From positions 6,138,001 to 6,202,000 of the forward strand of contig JBITNC010000002.1 of the NCBI GenBank assembly GCA_050084985.1: a DNA stretch of 64,000 nt, given 5' to 3'. Position 1 is the stretch's first letter. Every line of letters starts with the position of its first letter. Below, in pieces: positions 50,755 to 64,000 of the stretch. The translations under genes and the position numbers were made by a program. Below the pieces are notes generated by a model, which saw only the letters and a list, made by a program, of their open reading frames with translations, searched no databases and was not told where the DNA came from. The stretch is from Nageia nagi (Eukaryota; Plantae; Pinophyta).

Positions 50755-52658
50755 TCTTTGATAAGAGAAACTTCTTGTTTACCTCATCATAAAGCTTGTA
50801 TCCCTTGGTAGTGTCTGAATAGCCCAAGAAAATACATTTTCGACTCCTTGCTTCGTTGTTCCTTAGGTATGAGCGCATAACAGGTGGAACCAAAGATCCT
50901 AAGATGACGGACAGAAGGAATATGACCAAACCACATTTCAAATAGAGTCTTATCTTTGAGAGCATGAGAAGGAGATCTGTTTCTCAAATTAACAGCACAA
51001 TTGAACTGCATCACCCCAAAACATAACTTTGACATTCTTGAAGAATATCATTGCATGGGCCATATTCAATAGAGTTCTGTTCAATCTTTCAGCAACCCCA
51101 TTTTGTTGTGGGTTATAGGGAACAATAGTCTGATGTTTAATCCCATGTTGGTGTAAGTAAGATTTGAAGTCATTTGAAGTATATTCCCCCCCATTATTTG
51201 AACGAAGGATACCTATACGAGTATGAGCTTCATTTTCTATACTGACATGAAAGTCTTTGAATTTAGAAAAAGCTTCAGACTTATGTTTTAAGAAATAAAC
51301 CCAAGACATCCTAGAATAATCATCAATGAATGTCATAATATATCTATTTCCAGCTGCAGAAGGAACAGAAAATGGACCACACAAATCGGAATGGACTAGT
51401 TCAAGTTTTCTACTGGCTCTCCATTGGGAATTTAAAATGGTTGCTTGTGGTGCTTCCCTAAGATACAAGCTTCACAAGGGGAAATGTTCCTAGGTATTGT
51501 AGGCAAACCACTAAAACCTCATTTCTTTAAAAGATGAAGGTCATCAAAATTAAGGTGCCCAAATCTAGCATGCCACAAAAGACTTGAGGGAAGTGTACCT
51601 TTTTCTTGATGTGTAAGGAATGCAAATTCCTTCGATCGAATAGAAGCACCATCAATATCTTCATTCAATTCTTCAAGAAAATATCTCCTGAAAGTCATAT
51701 GACATGTTGCTCCCATATCAAGCAACCATGCATCTTCCCATGATGCATATGAAGTATTCATTAGGTCACTAAGACCAATGTTACATTCAGTTGTAACAAA
51801 ATGAGCGGATGTAGAGTTCTTACTTTGATCACCTTGTTGCTCTTTCTTTTCAAGAATTTTCTCCCATGGAATGCGACATGTGGCAGCTTCATGGCCTTTT
51901 CTATCACATTGAGTGCAATATAAATTTGACTTCTCCCTTTTATCTCCACGACCTCCTTGATTTCTACCTCCTTTGCCTCGTAAATTTTTTCGACCACGAC
52001 CTCTATTGCTACTATCTGCATAAGAAGCATCATTCTTCTCTAACTGAGCATTGTAAACAATATCTGAAGCATCATTGGTCTTCTTGCCAAAAGCTTTTTC
52101 ACGCTCTACAATCTTTTCTGACAAAGTTTTGAAGGTGAGGGTGGCTAATTGTCCACTCGCTTGAAGTGATTCAAGATAAGTTGAATATGTGGGATAGAGA
52201 GCTTTGATCAAGGCTGCAAGAGAAATATCAATTTCAACACCTGTAACCTTGATATCATACATTATTGCACTGATTTCTGAAATAAGTGCTATGGGATCAT
52301 TGTTCTGCAACTGCAAATTGAAGAGCTTTAACTGAAGTTGGATTAGTTCCAACGCTGAATGAGAGTCATACAACTCTTTTAACTTTTCCAGTGCACTCCA
52401 AGCATTGTCAATTGAAGTAATATGTCGATTGACTTCTTCAAATATAGAAGCTGCTATTAGAGCATACGCTTTGCAATTCTTCATGTTCCAAACCACGAGC
52501 TCTTTGTCATCAGTTGGTTTGATGGGTTTGGTTTTGCCATCGCATATACCTTCCCAAAAATCATTGAAGATGAGCGTATTTTTTATCTTCCTATACCATT
52601 CTGACCAATTGTTTTGACCAGTCAAAACAACCCCAATAATGCTTACTAAGGAATGCAT
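50755..52658 (-). pseudogene. Copia gag-protease-integrase polyprotein, frameshifted and truncated before RT
   Basis: LTGQNNWSEW gag start, CTQCDRKGHEAATC knuckle, WLLDMGATCHM protease, WHARFGHLN, LELVHSDLCGP...PQQNGVAER, KCIFLGYS. Confidence 0.92.
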
Positions 52659-54725
52659 TTTGTAAGATGAAAAGTTACAAAATCACAAAAGAAGTAGATA
52701 ATTTACTATATTTGAAATACAAACAATCTTTGCTCAAACAAGGCAAAATGGAGCAAGATTATGTCAAATATAGAAATCTACAAGTCTAAATCGATCCACA
52801 TGCGATCAATGCATTCACGAATTTGTTGCTCAACGACCATTGGTGGATGGATATAATCAGGATCAAAGTTATCTCTCTCTCTTTCTTCAACTGGTGCAGT
52901 TGAAGATACCCAGAATCCTGAATCTGACTCGGAGGCTGGAATATTGAGATTGGAACTTTGATCAACTGGTGCAACTGCTGGAGTATACTCGTCACTATCA
53001 CTGATGATGATAATCTCAGGTGGCTATGGTGCTGGTGTGTATTCCTTAATTGAATTTAATATTTAAAAATTCTTTAATAACACCTTATCACTCCAAAATA
53101 ACTTAAAAAATAAAGGCACTATTAAAAATATTTAAATTCCAATGATGATAATGTTTAAATCACCACCACAAGATAATAAATATTTTTCTTAAAATAATGT
53201 ACCTTGTTCAAATATTGTTAGAGTGCAAAGCAGGTAGTGGAAATAGCACACTATGCCACGAGCAGGTTAGAGGGAAGCCATCCTCGACTTCCATGATGAC
53301 ATCAAAGGGCACTTTTTCATTGTCCTCCAAATCCGGCGGAAACCCTAAGGCCTTCACAAACTCCCCTTTTTTTTCGTCCATGAGTATAATGACATTGTCG
53401 CCTGCGTCAAGGATCTACTGTGGGGACCACGCACCATTGACAACCATGGCCACGATTGCATCGTAGGTCATTGCTTTCAGCTTCTGGGTAGGACTGACGT
53501 GAACATCAGTTTCTCTCTTCTAACTCCTCAACATGAGCTCTTCCCACGAGCTGGAGAGATGAAATGAAGGAGGCCACCACTCTATATGTTTGGAGTCCTC
53601 ATGTTGTGTAAACCAGGAGTCCATGTTCAGTGAACACCCACGAGTAATGAGTGTAGACCCCATGAACACGTTTAACAACTGAGTCACCACCCACAAACTG
53701 TGGAGTAGAGTCCACATCAAGCTAAGCCATGTAACGAGAGAGAAACCATGCGAGAAACGAACCACATGAGAAAACAAACCATGAACAAACACAATGGAGT
53801 GATGCGTAGATGACGATGTGTAGTAGGGATGCCGTGGTAGCAGGCTGGGTGCAGAAGTCCATGTTTCGGAAGGAGTGTAGCAAAAAAAAATGAATGCAGC
53901 ACTGGAGCTACGATGAATGGAGCCACGTCTAGCCAAACGTCTAGCAGAATGATCTCAGCAGAACCCCATTCCCTCAGATATTTCACCTCCTACTTGAGCC
54001 ACGTAATGGAGAAAGGATCACATTTTGAACCACGAACTGGAATCTGAGCTGCGTCTAGTCAGCCATAGAAGACTTCCAAAATGCAGTGAGAATGCCAACG
54101 TTACATCTGAAGTCTCACGCCCAATGAACAAATGCAAGATGCAGGAGGTCAACATAGCAACCATCGTGGGGAAAGCAGCCAGGAGCAGCAACAACAACAA
54201 CGTCAGATCCACGATGTTTAGCACCACAGGCTAGTCTGGAGATCAAGAGCCACGCTTGGAGAGAACCACGTTGAGCCACGAACTACTGCTGACTGAAACA
54301 AGCAAGGAGTGCTACGTGGGAAAATGCCTCAACAAGTTACGTTTGCAGTACCAAACAACCACGAACTGGAGTACCAAACGAATCTGAGCTGCATGAGTAA
54401 GATGGCCACTAAGCCACGAACTGCTGCTAACTGCTACGAAACGAGCAAGGAGTAGAGTCCACGTTTTAGAAGACCCACGTACTGCTGCACCACAGATGGC
54501 CATGAAGTACAATCCTTAAGACATGCACACAAGCTATTGGAGGGGGTTTTATCAGTCTCCAAGGAGAACAGCAACCACCATAGAACCAGAATAGTCAAGC
54601 AACGATGTCCAGCAATCAACAACTCAAACTAATACACATGCATGCAGGTATTCATCACGATTTTTGCTGGAACAAATCACAGCAAACTATAGTGATGAAT
54701 TTGCATGGAGTTTCCCAAATTCCTT

Positions 54726-54737
54726 GCTCTGATACCA
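54726..54737 (-). promoter_or_regulatory. tRNA-iMet PBS of the young Copia
   Basis: Plus strand GCTCTGATACCA, 1 nt from the LTR end. Confidence 0.93.
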
Positions 54738-57700
54738 ATGCAGGAATGGATCATAAAACTCCATGATCTATTTACTCTAGAATGATTTACAATATATAGA
54801 CCACAAAAGTGGTTAACTAACAAACTCCTAAAATGGTGCAACTAAGTGTACACCTCATCCTAACTAACTTACCAGCCTAAGCACTAAGCTAGAATTTCTC
54901 TAACTAACTTCAAATGACACTTGTCATTGACACATGTCTAATTTCTAAATATTTACAAATACCATAATAAGATTATGGTTTTTAACAATAATTTCCTATG
55001 AGTTTAACTAGAGAAGCCCAAAAGTAGTTTCATAGCTTGAAACAAAGTTCTATAACATCTTATTAGCAATTGAAGGATCAATTCAAAGCTCACTTTAGGT
55101 GCAATGTGAAGAAACTAGTTGATTTGATAGGGTTGATCCATTGCAAGCAATGAAAAATAGAAAGGTTGGATGAATTCATTCCAAGATTCATCAAGTTTTG
55201 GAGTTCCATTGAATAATAAGTGGAATAAAGCTTCATTGCAAAGGTATTTCTTGAAAAAATTCATCTTGTTCTTGGTGGAAAAGGGCTTGAGCATGTTAAT
55301 GGGTCATTTATGCATATGGTTCATTTGCTCATTGTGAAAGAAGAGTTCTTAATAAAGTATAATTTACTTAAGTATACATCATCCTCCTCCAACAAAGATA
55401 ATGGTAGGAAGCCATATAACAAAAAGAACAATAATTCAATCAATGTTGTTGAACCAACCCACCAAGATAAACATTAGGATAGAAGACCAACCAAAGATAT
55501 GTATTCATTACCCATAAACCCTAACCAACTGTTTGAGGATTATTTAGAAAATGGTTTAATGAAATGAATTCAAGGAAAGGATTATGGACACAATAATGAG
55601 AAACCTAGTTGGTATAGGGATAATCAATTTTGCAAGTATCATCAAATCAAAGGGCATAATACAACAAGATGCTATTTTTTGAGAAAGAAATTAAAATACT
55701 TGTTGGATAGTGGTATAGTTTCATATGAAAATGATGTACTCAAAGTAAAAAATTAGGATTTACCTTTTGTTAACATGGTGAATATGATTATCTATGATGA
55801 TAATGGTGAATCTATTGAGTTTGATAATGAATTTAATGAAAAGGTAGATTTAGATATAAGTTCATATTTGGAACAAACATGCAATGCAGCCACAAGGTCA
55901 AAGAAATATATTACTAACCTATTTTTCACTTCAAAAGAGGTACCTTATATGTATTCTCTTAAGCAAAAGAAGAAAGACAAATGCAAAAATAATATATTAC
56001 TTAAACTATTTGATACATTTGAAGAGCATATGCTAGCATTGTTTGAGCTTTTTAGTGGCATTGATGTTGATACAAATATTTTTAATAGTTCATTGGTAGG
56101 AATGATTGGTTGTTTCAAGAATGCTATCACATTTACTAAAGATGAAATTCCTATTGATGATATCATTGATAAATGCTTTCCAATCCATATATGTGTAAAG
56201 ATACTAGGAAAAATAGTTAAGAATGCATTTGTAGATGATGATGTAGGTTTGAACATTTGCTCCATTAATTTTATCAAAAAAAATGCAGACAAGTTGATGC
56301 CAAAATTTATACGAAAGAAATACAAGATTACAAGTTATGAAAATGATAGTAAAACAAGTGCTAGACATATCAAACTACTTATTCAATTGGGACCAAATAT
56401 AGTGGAAGTTATGACCTATGTGTTAGACAAGAATCTTCCTTATGATCCTCCTTGGGAGACTATGGATACGTCCTATGAGATATGTACCATATACATTACA
56501 TAAATTGATTAAATTTAACCATGATGGATAGGGATATATAGTGGAAGTAGTGGATGAAAATTCAAACATGATTGCACAAGTTCGGAACACCATAGTCCCA
56601 TACCAAAATATTGAAATACATGAGGGAAATGATGAAGAAAGTGAGGAAGATGAAGAGGACAATGATACTATGTAGTTGTACAAAGAAACAAGTGTTAGCA
56701 CATATGCCTTTAGCCATAACATTATCAAACAGGATATCAATCAACTATGTAAACATTAAAAAATCAAGATGAATAGCATCTACATCATCATCAGCACTTG
56801 TTCTCATCTCATTGCCTATGCTTACCTCATTATTACAAATGCAATTAGGATTAGTCAAAATTAGAATTTGATGTTGTCCAAATTGCATTATACAATACTG
56901 ACATCTCATAATCAGAGTCAAAATTAGATATAAATAATAATAAAGTGGTAACATTTGTAAAAGTCAAGAAAACTAGACAAATGAGATGTCATGCACCCTT
57001 GATATCATAGTACATGGAATCCAAAAGGTACAAAAGTAAAGGCCTTGGTAGAGATGAATAGGGAATTGAAGAATTTCTTGCAAAGATGTTTGAGTTAAAC
57101 AAAGGCAAGAATGGCTTAAGTACAAAGAAGGTGAATAAAAAAAAATTAATCTCCTACAAAAATGATGAACAGTTTGAAATAGAATCAAAGTTATAGTTAA
57201 TAAATATGGTCAAGATATCATTAGAAATCAAGGGCAAATCTTCTAGGAAGACTAGATCTTGTGCTAGCTCTAATGTCCATGCTAACCCTAGTGCCTACAT
57301 TGACAAAATAGATCATGATTCCTCTTACCCTATGCTTGACAAGATATTTTCTAGGTCTACTCATGTGTTCAAAATGGATGATGCACTCCTAAATGCACTG
57401 GGGGCATGATCATAGTTCAAATCATTATATCCCAAGAGATAAGGAAAGATTTCTTATCATCTTGATGCTTATTTAGAGAGGAGGTGGAGGACATAACAAG
57501 TTTTCCCTGCTACACTAGCTTACCTTCTTCTTTCATTCAATAGAGTAGGCTAGGTAGCTAGGGTTATGTGTGTATGATATTCTTACTCCCATGTCATAGC
57601 AAGATTACAAGTATTACCTAATCTATCTCAACCTGGTAATGAGATACCAACATTGAATGAGCCTCCTGTGGAGATCAACATTGGCACAAAAGAAGTGCCA

Positions 57701-59964
57701 AAGATTATTGAGATTAGAAGAAGAATCATAGGGTATGATAAGAAAATATATCATCAATTCTTGACAAAGTTTAAGGACATGTTTTCTTTGGAATACAATG
57801 ACATGATAGGTCTAGATCCAATCTTTGTGACTCACAATTTGATGGTACGATATGGTATAAAACATGTATAGAAGAAAAGAATACCAATGAATCTAAAGCA
57901 ATCCTTACTAGTCAAAAAGGAGATTGACAAATACCACAAAATGAGATTCATTGAGCCCATTGACTATTCACCTTGGTTAGCCAACATAGTTCTAGCTTTG
58001 AAGCCAAATGGAGAAATTAGATGTTGTATAGAATTTAGGGATTTTAATAAGGCTTAATCAAAGGACAAATTCCCATTTCTACACATTGACATAATTATGG
58101 ACTCTACAATAGGACACAACATATTATCATTCATGGATAGTTTCTTAGGATACAATGAAATTAGAATCAACAAAAAGGATTAGCATAAGACAACCTTCAC
58201 CATACCTTAGGGGATATTTTGATAAGTAGTCATGCCCTTCAATCTCAAAAATGTAGGGGCAACATATCAAAGAGCAATGGTAACTATGTTTCATGATTTT
58301 ATTCATAAATTAATTGAAGTTTATGTTGATGATATTCTTGCTAATTCAACTAAAAAGAAAAATCATTTAGAGGAATTGAGAGTCATTTATGAAAGGATGC
58401 AATAATTCAACCTAAAACTAAATCCTAAGAAGTGTGTCTTTGAGGTTTCTAGTGGCAAGTTGCTTTGTTATATTATATCAAGTAGAGGTATTGAGATAGA
58501 TCCTAGAAAGGTCAAAGCTATCATGGATATGCCTTCACCAAGAAATATTATACAACTTAGAAATCTTTAATGGAAAGTACAAGAAGTCAAGAGATTCATG
58601 GTTCAATTAGAAAATAAGAAAACTCCATTCTCTTATTTGCTCAAGAAAAAAAAAATTTTATATGGACAAAGGAATATCAAAAATTGTTTGAATATATAAA
58701 GAGTTACTTACTTAGTCCTCCTATATTACAACCAATTCATCACATCAAGCCACTATACTTATACATATCAACTACAACCAATGCTATTGGAATAGTCCTT
58801 ATGCAACTTGATAGTGAAAATAGGGAAAGAGTTGTATATTACTTATACAAGATATTGCAGAATGCATAAATCAACTACACACCTATTAAGAAGTTATGTT
58901 ATGCCATAGTGTACACAAATCAAAAATTAAGGTATTATAGGATAACACTACCTTCATTATGGCCCAAGTTGATCCACTAAGGTATTTTCTATCAAAACCA
59001 TAATTGAAACGAGGACCAACCAAATGGATCATAGAACTTCAAGAGTTTGACCTTCTCTACACAAGATAAAAAGTGATAAAAGGACATGTTATAGTTGACA
59101 TGCTTGCAGCAACACTATGTGATGAAAATAATAACAAGAATAAGCTTATGGTACTAGTTGAGCAGTGTGAGGAAAAGACATGGAAACTATTCTTTGTTGG
59201 CTTCAAATATTTTCAAGGGGCTGGGATAGAAATTATTCTAGTATCTCCTAAAGGTGGTATGATTCCTTTGGCTTACAATTTAAGTTTTGAATGCAAAAAC
59301 AACATGGTTGAGTATGAAGCTTTAGTCTTGGGATTAAAAGCAACAATCAACCTTGGAATCAATAAGCTAAAAATCTATGGTGACTCACAACTTATCATCA
59401 ATCAAATCAACAATACTTACCATACCAAAGATGAGAAATTAAAACCTTATAAGTATCTAGTAGCAGCAATGGTTCAAAGATGCTTCATACAGATTCAATT
59501 TGAGAATATTTCAAGTACTAATAATAGATTTGTTAATGCTATGGAAAATGTTGCTTCATCAACACCTATCTCAGTTGAAGATGAGGAAAACATAATCAAA
59601 ATCAACAACTTGAGATATTTTTCTTTTCTAGATGATGATCAATTCTAAGGATTATTTAGAAAGGAATCACTCATATGTGTTATTCTCCATTTGCATGAAT
59701 GGTACATTGATATCTACAATTACCTCAAGCCTGGAAAGATTCCATATTCATGTCAATCCAAATTCTTCAAAAGAAGGTTGAAGCGTATAGCCATAAGGTA
59801 TATTCTTATTGGTAATATTCTTTACAAAAGGTCATTTGATGGTACTTTTCTTAGATATTTAAATGAAATTAAAGCACATAAGGCTATGGAACAAGTACAT
59901 GATAGCATAAATGGAGGTCATTTTAATAGTAAATCCATTTATCATAAGCTCATAAGACTAGGAT

Positions 59965-61575
59965 TGTTGAGCATGTGTGATTGTCATTGTTGTCAACATG
60001 TGGTTTTGGTAAAGACCAGGTTTCGGAGGTGATGAGGTCAGCAAGGAGAATTGAAAAGCCGGAGTTAGTAAATAAAGCGTTCTGGAAGAGATGACGTCAG
60101 CGATTTCGAGCCTTAACCAAAAATCGAAGCCCGAAAGTGATGAGGTCAGCAAGGAGCGATCAAATAGCCGATGCCAGTGAGTAAAACATTCTGGAGGGAA
60201 GAGATGACGTCACGGGAAGAACGATGTTCATATTTTTGAATGAAACCGAGTTCCAGAGATGATGAGGTCAGCAAGGGGTGATTAAAAAGGCCGGAGTCAG
60301 TAGATTAAGCGTTCCGGAATGAAATGATAAAAGCTTAGTTGTGGAAAAAATTGGGTTCCGAAGAAAGTGAGTAGAGCATTCCGAAAGCATAAAGATGACA
60401 TCACGGGGAGAACAACGTTCACATTTTTGAATGAAATCGGGTCCCGGAGATGATGAGGTCAGCAAGGAGTGATCAAATAACTGGAGCCAGTGAGTAAAAC
60501 ATTTTAGAATGTAGAGATGAGAACAACAAAGAGAGATCAAATAGCCAGAGCCAGTAAATAGAATATCTCAGAAGCGTTTTACTCTACTTCCGGAATCCAG
60601 AGAAGATGACGTTAGCAGTTGGTGTTGAAAAGTCCGGATGGCCACGCAGATACCTTGGAACTCTCTTCCGGAGTCCAGAGATGATGACATCATGGTGTAT
60701 ACAATAAACATCTGGTAAGCTAGTCAATCTCTAGGCTATAGAAAGAGACTCCGGAACTAAATAATCAGATACTGTCAAATCTTCGAAATCATTGGAGAAA
60801 GAGCTATACTTGTCTGAACAACTCTATTTGAGCAATAAGAGCGTTCGTCAGTTACAACAGTTGCAGTCTCAGATAGTGAACTCTATTAGTGCAGGAGCAG
60901 TTACAAAAAAAGATTTCTTTTCAGTTTGTTTTTCATAACGTGCAATGATAGGAACAGTTTCTTGGGGGGTTTTCTTGATGTGTAACGGTTGTAGGAATGT
61001 ACGTGAAGAGTGGATTGTAGATTTAGTGAAAACAGGCGAGTAGAGAAGTGTGTAGTGGAGAGGGAATAGCATGGAAGAGGGGAGTATCAGGAGTATGTGA
61101 AGTGAGCAAACGAATATGCAGAGAGAATAGTGATTTTTTAACTGTGTTACTTTGGAGTTGTGTGCAGAGATCAAACAATGAGCATTAGAGCTAGACCATT
61201 GAGGGTCTTCTAGAACTGTATTCTTTCCTCCTTTTTGAATGTTGTATCAAGTGGGTGCTTGAGAGTTGGAGTTGGTGCTCCAAGCAGTAGGTGCTACTAT
61301 TTTTAAAGTGGTAGTTGGTGCTACCCTTCACAGTTGGTGCTGTGAATCTGTAAGCTTTCTTTAATGACTGGATTTGGATTGGAGTCCAAGCAGTCATTTT
61401 TGGGGATGTAGCCAATCTGGTGAACCTCGTTATATCTGGTGTTGTGTGATGTACTTGGTGTGCTTGCTCAATTTTCTCTGGCTTTTAATCTGTCTTTATT
61501 TAAGAAGTTTAAATTGATTATTTTTTTTATATACACTGATTCACCCCCCCTCTCAGTGTCACTCGAAGTCCAACA
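59965..61575 (+). mobile_element. Young solo LTR (1611 bp, SIRE/Copia-like) inserted in the Tat integrase
   Basis: TGTTG...CAACA termini, exact TSD AGGAT; removal restores IRLGYYWPSM; 3'-end motif ATTCACCCCCCCTCT. Confidence 0.95.
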
Positions 61576-63275
61576 AGGATATTATTGGCCATCTATGAAA
61601 AAAGGATTGCATTTTACATGTTCAGAAATATGAAAAATGTCAAAAGCATGGTAACTTGAAACAATCTCCTTCAAGTGAATTAGTAACAATGATATCACCT
61701 TGGCCATTTTGCCATTTGGGCCTTGGATTTAATTGGTATTATCAATACCAAATCTAGTGAGGGGAATAAATTTATCCTAGTGCTACAAAATACTTCACAA
61801 AATGGGCTAAATTTGTACCTTTGAGATCCTACAAAGATCCTCAAATTGTGACATTTATGACTAATAATATCATTGCTAGATTTAGTATTCCATATCATGT
61901 CATCATGGATAACGAAAAGAACTTTAGAAGCAAGCAAGTTAGGGAGTTTTGTAAAGAATTAAATATTAAGAATTCTCATCAACCTACTATCTGCAAGGCA
62001 ATGGACAAGAAGAAGCAACCATTAAGATAATTGTTAACGTCCTATATAACACAGTCAAGAAAAATCATAGACATTGGCATTAAAAACTCATATATGCCTT
62101 ATGGGAATACATAAAAAACATCATATCAGATACAAGGTGTACTCTATTTTCATTATTTTATGGAGATGAGGTAGTCTTATCATTGGATGTTGAAATACCA
62201 TCATTAAGGTTATCCCTAGAAGGCATCATTGATTGGTAAGAACAACAAAAATAAAGACTAAGACAACTAGAAGGTTTGGATGAAAAGAGAATTCATGCCT
62301 TAAAATTTCTCAAAGCTTATCAGAAAAGAGCAAAGAAAGCACATAGCAAGAAGATTGTACCATGTGTATTCCAAGTGGATGATCTAGTACTTAAGAAGAA
62401 TCATCATAATTCATAGGCTAAAAAATAGGAAAAAGGTAAATTTGAGACTAATTGGATTGGTCCCTACATCATAAAGACCAAGTATCCAAACATTGCATAC
62501 AGGTTGGCAACAGTTGAGGGGAAAGTTAACAAATTTTAAACTAATGCAAAGCATCTCAAGCCTTTTTATACATAAGGCAAGCTTGTCACACATGTTCTAG
62601 AGGTTGTCCTTCAAATCAGTCATCAGTATACAATTAAGGTATCGAGATCCTAGCTCCATTTTTGTTATGTTGAGCTAGCACCTATGGTAGATTTCTATGT
62701 AAAAATTATCAATCATCCCAACATTTGCATTTACATTCCTAGCATATTTCAGGTTCAAATGAAAATCACAAAATTTAGAAGTCATAGTCAGGTTAGATAA
62801 ACCATATGACATCTTTAGAATTCAATGAGATAGTTATCATTTTTAGACCAATGACATTAGTACAATCAATCGTGTAGATAATACTGTAGGTAATCTTGTG
62901 CATATTTCAACCATCACATATAGGTCAATCATATCAGCTCAATCATATCTCAATCTCAAAAAATATAAGGATTAGATTCAATGTGAGGCCTAATGGTCGT
63001 GCTACCTTCTACACCCTCACTAACATTAGCATCTACACTAGCATTTTTGCAACAAATCACATCATTTGTCAAAGGTAAGTGCAGGTATTTTTTTATACTC
63101 TCTTACCTTTATATTCACAATCATGGTTCAATCATTTCATGCTTTGTTATTATACTTAGCACATCATGTCCTTGTTGGGTGGATATTAAATAACCATCAC
63201 TATTTTTGAACATTTGGTTGGAACTAAACCAACCATTTTTCTTGGTTTTACCTGGATATTGGGACTAAACTAATC

Positions 63276-63680
63276 TTCATTCTAATAGCCACATTATCAT
63301 TGGTACTACAATCATGCATGATTAAAAAATATTCAAATACCTCATGATTAAAAAATATAAAAAATATGGGGCATGTACCTCATGATGATGAGCATATCAG
63401 CATGTACCTCATGACGATGAGTATATCATATAGCATGGTTGGGAAATATTCAAATAATTCATATCCTTGAGTCACCTTTGTTGGTTGGATCTCAACTAAC
63501 CTCCATATTTGAGTCACCTTTGTTGGTTCAGTTTCAACTAACCATCACCATCTTATTATCTTGATTTATAAGTTGCATATAAGAATGAGGCATGTAACTC
63601 ATGATGATGTTAACATATAAAGCTTCCTTTGCATGTGTTCCATCTAAGAATAGGGCATGTACCCCATGATGATGTGGACA
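63276..63680 (+). repeat. Repeats in the Tat 3' UTR
   Basis: GCATGTAC(C)TCATGATGATG-like unit about four times; TTGAGTCACCTTTGTTGGTT twice. Confidence 0.75.
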
Positions 63681-64000
63681 CAACTTTTTCATGATTTCTT
63701 ATGTATGCATCTAAGAATGAAACATTGAGTATTTCTATATTTAATGTTCTTAAGATGATATATGCATATTATATTTATTTCATCCTTGCTTCATTATTGT
63801 TAAATATCATTTGATAAAATATTATTGTGTTCTCTCTTATTGTTTACTACTATATCTTTTACAAGTTAACAATCATATATGTGCTTGGAAGTATTTACCT
63901 CTCATTTTTAGGTTTCATTATTTGCTTTTAGTTGATTCTACTACATGTAAGCCATTACATCTCATAACTAAGGAAAGAAGGGGTAAATATACATCATCAA

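Larger units (their letters stand above)
50755..54987 (-). mobile_element. Younger Ty1/Copia element, 3'-truncated (5' LTR, PBS, ~2-kb leader, gag-PROT-INT)
   Basis: LTR 54739-54987 (TGTTAA...TGCA on minus), perfect PBS TGGTATCAGAGC at 54726-54737, gag-pol from 52658; CpG retained. Confidence 0.93.
54988..64000 (+). mobile_element. Degenerate Tat-lineage Gypsy element (gag-PROT-RT-RH-aRH-INT, long 3' UTR, PPT)
   Basis: gag FPMSL...ITSY at ~54995; protease AFVDDDVGLNIC ~56230; RT 57653-58600 (YVDDIL); RH 58684-59050; aRH 59073-59648 (NNMVEYEAL...IYGDSQLII); INT 59691-62570 split by a solo LTR; PPT AAGGAAAGAAGGGG ~63970-63983. Confidence 0.92.

Noticed and set aside
55945-57188. Minus-strand hydrophobic ORFs
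   Set aside because: Shadow ORFs antisense to A-rich Tat coding sequence.

Overview
AT-rich eukaryotic nuclear DNA from a plant, most consistent with a gymnosperm (Tat retrotransposons with an extra archaeal-type RNase H, strong CG/CHG deamination, gymnosperm-style PLS-PPR motifs; this is inference). One intact gene is present: a 4-exon subfamily III(a+c) bHLH-ACT transcription factor (FIT/bHLH27/35-like, 343 aa, 15689-17781), followed by a decayed tandem copy (about 21195-23800). The rest is a nest of repeats: three Tat-type Ty3/Gypsy elements (two show aRH, in different positions), four Ty1/Copia remnants, two young solo LTRs with exact 5-bp TSDs, LINE fragments, a probable DNA-transposon remnant and a collapsed PPR-DYW pseudogene. 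The most striking feature is a 3.9-kb endogenous caulimovirid (33820-37720, minus strand). Its AP-RT-RNase H polyprotein continues in frame into a ~250-aa domain with florendovirus-ORF2-like motifs. Downstream lie a 35S-like core promoter, twin covarying hairpins and a tRNA-Met PBS. No prokaryotic features, rRNA or CRISPR arrays were seen. Family assignments come from motif recognition only; no searches were run.
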